This document shows positions 57,651-64,000 of a stretch of DNA of 64,000 bases, in pieces. The number at the start of each line of letters is the position of its first letter. Within the stretch, counting starts at the first letter, position 1. Made by a program: the position numbers and the translations under genes. Origin of the DNA: Ktedonobacterales bacterium (GTDB taxonomy: Bacteria; Chloroflexota; Ktedonobacteria; Ktedonobacterales; JADMIN01). The notes below the pieces were generated by a model that was given only the letters and a program-made list of their open reading frames with translations, did not search any database and was not told the origin of the DNA. The stretch covers positions 22,701 to 86,700 of the forward strand of contig DASVZK010000033.1 in the NCBI GenBank assembly GCA_036391685.1, read 5' to 3'.

Positions 57651-58435
57651 TCTCCTTCTAGAGCTACACGCCCTGCTTTTAGTACTGCCTCAGCCGCTCT
57701 ACACACTCGTCTAATCGACGTGTCCGGTGGTTGTTCATTATGTAACCAGTGTTGGATGTAGCCCCGACTATGCGCTGACCACGCGTCATCCGCAATACCC
57801 AGCTCATTGCCGACTAGATAGGAGGTGGCTTCCGCTTCAAACTCGCGTAGTCCACGGTGCGGGAGGAACTCCCCAGCGGATAAGGCGGTGGTATGCCCGA
57901 GAATGATGTGGCCGATCTCATGGAACGTCGTCCGCGTCCGATTGACAGCCATCGGGTTGATGGCAAACTCCAGCCCGCGTGAGTAGCCTTGCATATTGCC
58001 GTCTACGCTGTCATACGGGACTTCGCGTATCCCAAACTTGGCGAGGGCTTGCTGGAGATCCCAGCGCGGCGTGGGTGGCTCCGGCAGCTCCTTGCCTTCC
58101 GTATCTGAATAGCCAAAGACGGCGTTGACCACTTTGAAACCGATGAGCCGCGCCACGCGTTCGCGTTTCTCGTCGAGCGTCTCTTCTTCGGGAGGCTTCT
58201 CTTTGACCAGGACAGGCACGATCACCTCTTTCGCCCGCGCTCCCTGTACCACGTGCCTACCGAGCGATTGCCAGCGCCTATACGACGCGACTGGCTCATG
58301 GAGTCCTTGGATACGGAACAGCAAACAATTCGTGAGGCTATAGTCCCAGAAACGGTTATACGTGTTGCCAAGATTACCGGGAACGGTCAGGGCTTCATCG
58401 AGCAGTCTTGGCCAGTCTAATCGTGTCTCGGCCAT
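57647..58435 (-). CDS. ArdC-like protein (ssDNA-binding N-domain fused to HExxH metallopeptidase)
   Basis: 262 aa. The N-terminal region (YSLTNCLLF...SYRRWQSLGRHVVQGARAKEVIVPV) resembles the ArdC/DUF1738 pattern, and the C-terminal part has HEIGHIILGH. Assigned by eye only. Confidence 0.55.
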   Translation of the reverse strand: MAETRLDWPRLLDEALTVPGNLGNTYNRFWDYSLTNCLLFRIQGLHEPVASYRRWQSLGRHVVQGARAKEVIVPVLVKEKPPEEETLDEKRERVARLIGFKVVNAVFGYSDTEGKELPEPPTPRWDLQQALAKFGIREVPYDSVDGNMQGYSRGLEFAINPMAVNRTRTTFHEIGHIILGHTTALSAGEFLPHRGLREFEAEATSYLVGNELGIADDAWSAHSRGYIQHWLHNEQPPDTSIRRVCRAAEAVLKAGRVALEGE

Positions 58436-58444
58436 ACAAAGAGG

Positions 58445-58765
58445 TTAGGCAGCGTCTTCAGGCTCAGGAGGCAGCATGTCCCTCGGCATACGAGCGCGCT
58501 TGCGAGCTGGCTTCGCAACTTCTTGAGCTGCTATCAGTTCGCCCATCTTGAGCGCCAGCTCTCTCTGCCGCAATCGGTTCTCAACGACGGTTCTCCACAC
58601 CAATCCGACGAACTCTTCAAAACGCTCGCCAGGTATAACGCTTGGTGTGTCACCGACCAGCGCATCATAGGCCGCGCCGAGGCGTTCATCATCCAGATCC
58701 CAATAGGCTTGCTCGAACAATGTTGGTGGTGTTTGTTCTGCTATTCCCTCGATTTGGTCTGCCAT
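58445..58765 (-). CDS. hypothetical protein (island gene)
   Basis: 106-aa ORF in the same orientation and closely spaced with its neighbours. Confidence 0.5.
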   Translation of the reverse strand: MADQIEGIAEQTPPTLFEQAYWDLDDERLGAAYDALVGDTPSVIPGERFEEFVGLVWRTVVENRLRQRELALKMGELIAAQEVAKPARKRARMPRDMLPPEPEDAA

Positions 58766-58867
58766 AGCTAACGTCCTTATTTAGATATTTTACGCCTACG
58801 CCTTGTTTTCTCCAGCTCAGCGGTATATGCGGCTGTCCGTCTGTCACAATAGTCTTCCAGACTGCTC

Positions 58868-59251
58868 TTATTCGCTTCCTTCTTGGCCGTCGTTCAGCTG
58901 CCGCCTCAGCTCGTCAAGCCGATCGAGTAGGCTCGCTTCTCCCGGTTCGTATTCATCGGCTATCGCGTCGAGCGTGGCATAAAAGTCTTCTTGGCCTTTA
59001 GGGATACTGAGCCGGGCGTACAGTCCATTCAAAGCCGCAGCACCGATAGCGCTCAACAGAACGCGCTTGCCGAGGTGTTCATTCTCGCCGCCGGGGTCGT
59101 ATAAACCCGAGGTCCAATTGCTGAAGGTGTAACCGTCTTCCGAGAGGGCAAGCATCGTGGTATTGCCGCCACGGTCCATCTCGTCGAACACGAAGGTATA
59201 CGCGTCGATGACCCCTTCCTTATGGAATTGGTCAATCAGCCTCATAGTCAC
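58868..59251 (-). CDS. hypothetical protein (island gene)
   Basis: 127-aa ORF with an acidic C-terminus. No family recognised. Confidence 0.5.
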   Translation of the reverse strand: MTMRLIDQFHKEGVIDAYTFVFDEMDRGGNTTMLALSEDGYTFSNWTSGLYDPGGENEHLGKRVLLSAIGAAALNGLYARLSIPKGQEDFYATLDAIADEYEPGEASLLDRLDELRRQLNDGQEGSE

Positions 59252-59310
59252 ATAGTAGCATCGTTGCCCGGTTGGTTATAAGGCGGAATGATCTGATGTG
59301 ACAAATGCCA

Positions 59311-59574
59311 CTACACGGCTTCGAGGTGACTGATTCTGTGTTCGTGGTGCTCCACCTGATCGCTCAACCCACCGACCGCGTTGCTGAGGTCCCGGACGGC
59401 GACTTTGAGCGCCTGCGTATCATCCATGAGGAGGCGCGTATTCTGCCGAATCTCTGGTAACGCGTGCACTTGCCGCTGCATGTCGCCGACAGCTTCCATC
59501 ACGGCGCGGAACTGCTCGCGCATCTCTTCCAGAAGCACGCTTGTATAGTCGGAGTTATCTTGTTTGTCGGCCAT
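59311..59574 (-). CDS. hypothetical coiled-coil protein (island gene)
   Basis: 87-aa ORF with a heptad-like charged/hydrophobic pattern. Confidence 0.45.
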   Translation of the reverse strand: MADKQDNSDYTSVLLEEMREQFRAVMEAVGDMQRQVHALPEIRQNTRLLMDDTQALKVAVRDLSNAVGGLSDQVEHHEHRISHLEAV

Positions 59575-59583
59575 ACCACCAGC

Positions 59584-59742
59584 CTAGCACTGATGCAGCA
59601 AAACAGAAAGCGCCGACGATTTCACCGCTTCCACGAAGCGGCGGCATGCCTGCTCGTCTCTGCCCACGTAGGCGTGGGGATCCTGCCCCAAGAAATCCCG
59701 GATCTTCGTCCAGTCGTCATCGCTGAGCCGGATATCTGTCAC
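59584..59742 (-). mobile_element. truncated N-terminal fragment of an IS5-like (DUF4096-type) transposase
   Basis: A 52-codon ORF from a GTG start encodes TDIRLSDDDWTKIRDFLGQDPHAYVGRDEQACRRFVEAV. This fits the L(T/S)D..W..I...L......G.....R.F.EAV N-terminus of IS5-family transposases. It then diverges and stops where LW..RTG..WR would be expected. Confidence 0.35.
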
Positions 59743-60011
59743 GCCGCTAGTCTACCGCTGACTCCTCAAACGTCAACAGAACCTAATTTCCTACTTCAGC
59801 GCTTAGCGGGGCTGGCCGCGCTCTCGTGGTGTTTGCTGACAGTTGTCGACACGTGACACACCGCGAATCTATTATTCGTGCTTTGCTACGTGTCCTACTG
59901 CCTACAGGAGCAGAAATATCCAGCCACAGGCAAGAAGAGTGTGTTGTATGATGCTTACACCGGTAGCCAGTAGTTGACGAGCTCGATCACACCTAAGTCG
60001 GAGGGGATACC

Positions 60012-60890
60012 GTGATCATTACCCATCGAGAACTGGCTATCTTCCTCTTATTCGGTCAATTCCTTGATTTGCTTGGTGGACTATACGTAGCAACAGATAT
60101 CCTCGGCGGCAAGCAGGGTGTGCTCCGGCGATTGACTGAGTTATTTACGTATATCGTTCCAACCACCATAGTGACACTGTTCGGATACCTTTCCATCTTT
60201 CTCGCGCTCTATGCTACTGAACCAAAGCTAGTCGCCGCATTTGGCCGCGATACTGCTCTCGCCGGATCCGTTGGTCTAGGTGTTGGGGCTGGCATCGGTT
60301 ACGGGCTGGGATTCGCTCTCAATATTCGCTATCGCAATCATTATGTCGCTCGATCCATACGCCGGCGCGTCATCTATGCTGTCTTGGTAGGTATCGAGTC
60401 TGGAGGATTCGGTTGCCTGCTGTATGGTTGTATTCGACTAGCTCCCAGCTTCTCGTTCACAATCGCCTCTGCGTTTCTGCTTGCCGCCGCCCTCAATTTC
60501 ATCGGCGGCTACCTTTTTTCCGCCTTCGTCGCTCGCCTGCTGATCCGACGAATAAAAGACCCCGATCCTACCAGACGACCAGATATTCAATCCATTGATG
60601 TTATCGTTGGTATGATATGCGGCCTCGTCATTGGCCTGGTCGTTGGACTAGGGTCATTCTTTATCTTCGAGCCTGACCCGGTCTCGGCGATATTCTCGGG
60701 TCTGACTGGTTCAATCCTGTCTTCGCTCGGTCTGGGGGTGTTTGTAGCTGGCGCTCCAATCATCGCATGGCGGGTCAATCTAATCACTTCGAAACGGTTC
60801 GCCTACGCCGGAATCATCCTTATCCTTGTGGCGTTCGCTATCCAGTCCGCGCAATACGTTGTCGTATTGCTGAATTACCCAATCAATTGA
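60012..60890 (+). CDS. polytopic membrane protein, hypothetical
   Basis: 292 aa with ~8 hydrophobic segments. GTG start preceded by GGAGGGG. Confidence 0.6.
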   Translation: MIITHRELAIFLLFGQFLDLLGGLYVATDILGGKQGVLRRLTELFTYIVPTTIVTLFGYLSIFLALYATEPKLVAAFGRDTALAGSVGLGVGAGIGYGLGFALNIRYRNHYVARSIRRRVIYAVLVGIESGGFGCLLYGCIRLAPSFSFTIASAFLLAAALNFIGGYLFSAFVARLLIRRIKDPDPTRRPDIQSIDVIVGMICGLVIGLVVGLGSFFIFEPDPVSAIFSGLTGSILSSLGLGVFVAGAPIIAWRVNLITSKRFAYAGIILILVAFAIQSAQYVVVLLNYPIN

Positions 60891-60898
60891 GGTTCACG

Positions 60899-61330
60899 AT
60901 GGCACGAACGTCGATCCGTCCTCCGGCCGAACTACAATCCGCTACAGTGCTGCTGACTGCGGCCACCCTTTACTGGAATATGGCTCACGGCATGGAGGAA
61001 CTCCGCTATGGCTTCCAACTGAATTTCGGACTCTCGCCAACGTGGCTTGGACTGTTTTTCTGTCTTGGCTATCTCGGAGAAGTTATCACGTTGCTTATGC
61101 TTGCGACTCGGCCAATGCTCGGGTGCTATCTCGCGCTCGTCGTCAACGCACTGATCGCCATTACAAGCTCGCATCACGTTTTCGATATCCTATTCGCGTG
61201 GCCATATCGCGAAGGAATCATCTCCAAAGCCATCGAGGCGGCACTCATCATTTCTGCCTACCTCTCCATTCCCATCACCATCTGGGCGATTGCAGTCGCT
61301 CGCCGCGCGCAGAAACAGAGTCCGTTTTGA
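60899..61330 (+). CDS. small 4-TM membrane protein, hypothetical
   Basis: The ATG at 60899 is preceded by GAGG. 143 aa with four hydrophobic segments. Confidence 0.55.
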   Translation: MARTSIRPPAELQSATVLLTAATLYWNMAHGMEELRYGFQLNFGLSPTWLGLFFCLGYLGEVITLLMLATRPMLGCYLALVVNALIAITSSHHVFDILFAWPYREGIISKAIEAALIISAYLSIPITIWAIAVARRAQKQSPF

Positions 61331-62745
61331 TCCCTTTCCCTGGGCAAGCAACCACCTTACGGTCTCATGCGCTTGACGACCTGACCAGCTGGGGTAGGAC
61401 TGCTCACGCTAAGAGTCTGCGTTATCCAATCACCTCTCTTGAATCCCTTCAGGAAGCTTTCGCACTGGCAGGCATGATCCAACAACCTATCATTGCATGT
61501 GGGGCAGGTCATAGTTATAATGATGCCTCCTTGTTAGACAACGGTATCGTGTTGGACATGCGGCCGATGAACCGCTGTCTCTCATGGAATGCTCACACAG
61601 GCGTCATCACAGTCGAGCCGGGCACAACTCTTGAGGCGATCTATCGTTTGACATTACCAGATGGGTGGTGGTTTCCAGTTACGCCGACTGCTTCTGAAGC
61701 AACGATCGGTGGCTGCGTGGCTATGAACGTCCATGGCAGAAACGCTTGGAAGAGGGGGGCGCTCGGCGAACACGTTACAGAGATTGTACTGATGACCGCC
61801 AGTGGTCAGGTGATGATCGTGCGGCCCGATGAGGAACTGTTCATGGCCGCCGTCGGCGGCGCGGGACTCCTCGGCATCATTACCCAAATCACCATGCAAA
61901 TGGTACGTGTACCATCAGCGTTCATTGCCGTTCAGACTAACCGCATTACCAATCTGGATGCAATGTTCGCTGCCTTCGATGAGCATGCGGCCGACGCCGA
62001 CTTTCTCGAAGGGTGGATCGATGGTTTCGCTTCTGGAGCAGCCATGGGGCGCGGCACCTTCACGGCGGCGACCTACCAGTCCATTGGGAAGCCATATCGT
62101 CCGCAGCGTTCAGGTAGCAGCCTTAGTGTCGTCCAGGCAGCCGCTGCGATTGGAAGTCGGATCGTTGTACGACCATGGGCACGAGTTCTTGCCAGATCAG
62201 GACTTGCAGCGCTCTATCACACAAGCGCGCCAGCGCGAGGCGTCTTGCAGCAGACGGCGTCTTTGCCAGCCTTCACCTATCACCACCCTGCCGAATATCA
62301 AGTAATGCGGGCGTGCATGCCACATGGCGTCTTCGTTTTCCAGCCTTTTGTGCCAGCGTCCGAGGCACGCAGGCTCTTCGAGGTCTTCCTCAAACTCTCG
62401 CATGAAGCAGCTCTCACACCGCTTTGGTGCATTATGAAACGACATCGACGGGATCCTTTTCCGCTGAGTTGTCAGGTTGATGGTTATTCACTTGAACTGA
62501 ACTACCGTGTGACCCCACATAATCGGCGACGTATCGAAGAGCTGCTGTGTTTCATGACTGAGGCCGCACTAGATGCCGGCAGCCGGTTCTACATTGCGAA
62601 AGACCAATTGCTCAATGCCGACCAGTTTCGACGCTGCATCGGTACATCAACGGCCGCGTGGTTCCATCGGCTACGTCGCATGCATGATCCGCAAGGACGC
62701 ATTCAGTCACGGCTAGCTCATCGTCTCTTCCCTGAGGAGGTATAG
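61327..62745 (+). CDS. DprE1-like FAD-dependent oxidase (PCMH-type FAD-binding domain)
   Basis: LTSWGRTAHA, GAGHSYND, TIGGCVAMNVHG and FYIAKDQ...HDPQGRIQSRLAHRL align by eye with M. tuberculosis DprE1 (LTGWGRTAPS, GLGRSYGD, LYTAKDS..., VDPLRVFASDMARRL). The proposed TTG start at 61327 overlaps the upstream stop (TTGA). The track ORF start at 61042 is spurious. Confidence 0.75.
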   Translation: MIPFPGQATTLRSHALDDLTSWGRTAHAKSLRYPITSLESLQEAFALAGMIQQPIIACGAGHSYNDASLLDNGIVLDMRPMNRCLSWNAHTGVITVEPGTTLEAIYRLTLPDGWWFPVTPTASEATIGGCVAMNVHGRNAWKRGALGEHVTEIVLMTASGQVMIVRPDEELFMAAVGGAGLLGIITQITMQMVRVPSAFIAVQTNRITNLDAMFAAFDEHAADADFLEGWIDGFASGAAMGRGTFTAATYQSIGKPYRPQRSGSSLSVVQAAAAIGSRIVVRPWARVLARSGLAALYHTSAPARGVLQQTASLPAFTYHHPAEYQVMRACMPHGVFVFQPFVPASEARRLFEVFLKLSHEAALTPLWCIMKRHRRDPFPLSCQVDGYSLELNYRVTPHNRRRIEELLCFMTEAALDAGSRFYIAKDQLLNADQFRRCIGTSTAAWFHRLRRMHDPQGRIQSRLAHRLFPEEV

Positions 62746-62748
62746 GCC

Positions 62749-64000
62749 GTGCGCATCACGATTATCACCGTTGGAACGTATGGTGACATCGCTCCACTTG
62801 TTGCACTAGGATATGGCTTGCAAAAGCATGGGCATAGCGTTCGTGTGGCTACCCATCGGACTTTTGCAGATCTCGTTCGCGCGTGCGGCTTGGACTTCTT
62901 TCCAGTGCACGGTGATCCACAAGACATTTTACAGACTGGTTCGGGTCAGCACTGGTTGCGAACGAGCGGCAACCCGGTACGTTTCCTAGCAAGGATGAGA
63001 GGCTTGGCTAAGGAGCATATTCGACCGTTGATGGTTGACTGTATCCGGGCTCTTGGGGACACGGACGCAATCGTCTTCTCACAGATCGGCATCGCCCTTC
63101 CAGACGAGGTCCTGCTTTCCTTGCACAAGCCGGTGTGTCTTGCGCTACTGAAACCACTTACGCAGACGTCGGCATATCCCTCAGCACATTTTCCCCAGCT
63201 AACGCGCTGGCCAAAATCCCTGGCACACTGGTACAACCGTACGACCTATGCGATCTACTTGCGCATGCTATGGCGACTCTCCAGACCGTATCTCCAAGAG
63301 GTGGTACCCAACCAACTAGGCGTTCAGCTCCCGACATCTGATTGGATTGAGCAACGCTTTCGTAAGCAGCAAGTACCCGTGGTCTATGGCTACAGCCCAA
63401 CACTCTTACCTCCCCCTGCCGACTGGGGGACTAACAACTATGTCACTGGATTCTGGCCACTTCCTCCTCAAGGAAATTGGGAGCCATCGCAAGAATTGCG
63501 TGAGTTTGTTGGGCAGGGATATCCACTAGTCTATGTCGGTTTCGGCAGCATGGTCGACCGTGAGCAAGAGCAACTCATCATGCTAGCAGTAAGCGCATTG
63601 CAGGCAGTGGGTGCGCGAGGCATCATTGCAACAGGCTGGAATCAGGCAGTCACTCTACCAATGCCCAAGACGATTTTGATAACTAAAGAGATACCTCACG
63701 AGTGGCTCTTCCCTCACATGGAGGCAATTGTGCATCATGGAGGCATTGGCACGTTCGCTGCTTCGCTCCGAGCAGGGCGTCCTATGGTCTGCGTGCCTTA
63801 CTTCTCGGATCAGCCTTTCTGGAGCAATCTGGCCTTCAGCCTTGGCGTGAGCCCTCGCCCTGTTCCGCGCCGCCGGCTCACCTCGTCAAACTTGACAGCT
63901 GCGTTACACATTGCTCTGCGTGACAGCGCGATGCGCCAACGAGCTAGGGCGATTGGAGAGGCCCTCACCCATGAAGACGGTGTCGCCTCGGCAGCAGCGA
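62749..64000 (+). CDS. GT1-family (MGT/sterol-glucosyltransferase-like) glycosyltransferase, 3'-truncated by the window edge
   Basis: Not in the ORF track because there is no stop inside the window. The GTG at 62749 follows GAGGAGG. My hand translation is open to base 64000: VRITIITVGTYGDIAPLVALG...VYVGFGSM...HHGGIGT...PYFSDQPFW. Confidence 0.8.
   Translation, partial: MRITIITVGTYGDIAPLVALGYGLQKHGHSVRVATHRTFADLVRACGLDFFPVHGDPQDILQTGSGQHWLRTSGNPVRFLARMRGLAKEHIRPLMVDCIRALGDTDAIVFSQIGIALPDEVLLSLHKPVCLALLKPLTQTSAYPSAHFPQLTRWPKSLAHWYNRTTYAIYLRMLWRLSRPYLQEVVPNQLGVQLPTSDWIEQRFRKQQVPVVYGYSPTLLPPPADWGTNNYVTGFWPLPPQGNWEPSQELREFVGQGYPLVYVGFGSMVDREQEQLIMLAVSALQAVGARGIIATGWNQAVTLPMPKTILITKEIPHEWLFPHMEAIVHHGGIGTFAASLRAGRPMVCVPYFSDQPFWSNLAFSLGVSPRPVPRRRLTSSNLTAALHIALRDSAMRQRARAIGEALTHEDGVASAAA

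Noticed and set aside
61042-61326. N-terminal extensions of track ORFs (61042 for the oxidase; likewise 31149-31688 for pyrR, 13485-13727, 14879-15085, 15020-15178, 21888-22022, 22588-22863, 24464-24649, 50559-50801, 53451-53807)
   Set aside because: Each extension overlaps a neighbouring gene or intergenic region, lacks homology-like sequence, and has a better internal start with a GGAGG-type RBS or a coupling overlap.

Overview
High-GC bacterial chromosomal segment. Gene content and strong GGAGG-type ribosome-binding sites fit a Chloroflexota/Ktedonobacteria-like or actinobacterial origin, but the taxon cannot be fixed from sequence alone. Recognisable housekeeping genes are queF, purQ, moaD-moaE, a PyrR-attenuated pyrR-pyrB-pyrC-carA-(GNAT)-carB operon, pfkA and comB. 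There is also an ABC-2 exporter, an MFS transporter, a TetR regulator, a PAS/GAF histidine kinase, and many secreted or membrane hypothetical proteins. Long antisense ORFs in the track are typical high-GC artefacts and were not called. Main points of interest: (1) A translationally coupled five-gene operon (6024-14878, minus strand) encodes a SWIM zinc-finger protein, a helical protein, a MoxR-class AAA+ ATPase, a large unknown protein and a VWA protein. I know of no assigned function for it, and it is my best candidate for an undescribed system. Its ATPase P-loop is split by a 421-aa LAGLIDADG intein. Its last gene carries an HNH-endonuclease cassette bounded by a 66-bp direct repeat of the gene's own 3' end. 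(2) The carB 3' end recurs twice downstream, which suggests stacked cassette insertions with the same gene / cassette / displaced-3'-end layout. (3) A TIR / transmembrane / beta-sandwich receptor-like protein is flanked by two paralogous polytopic membrane proteins. (4) A visibly lower-GC island starts at a tRNA 3'-half remnant near 57.1 kb. It carries an ArdC-like gene, an IS fragment, and a DprE1-like oxidase plus a GT1 glycosyltransferase that runs off the window. No CRISPR array, rRNA gene or intact tRNA gene was found.
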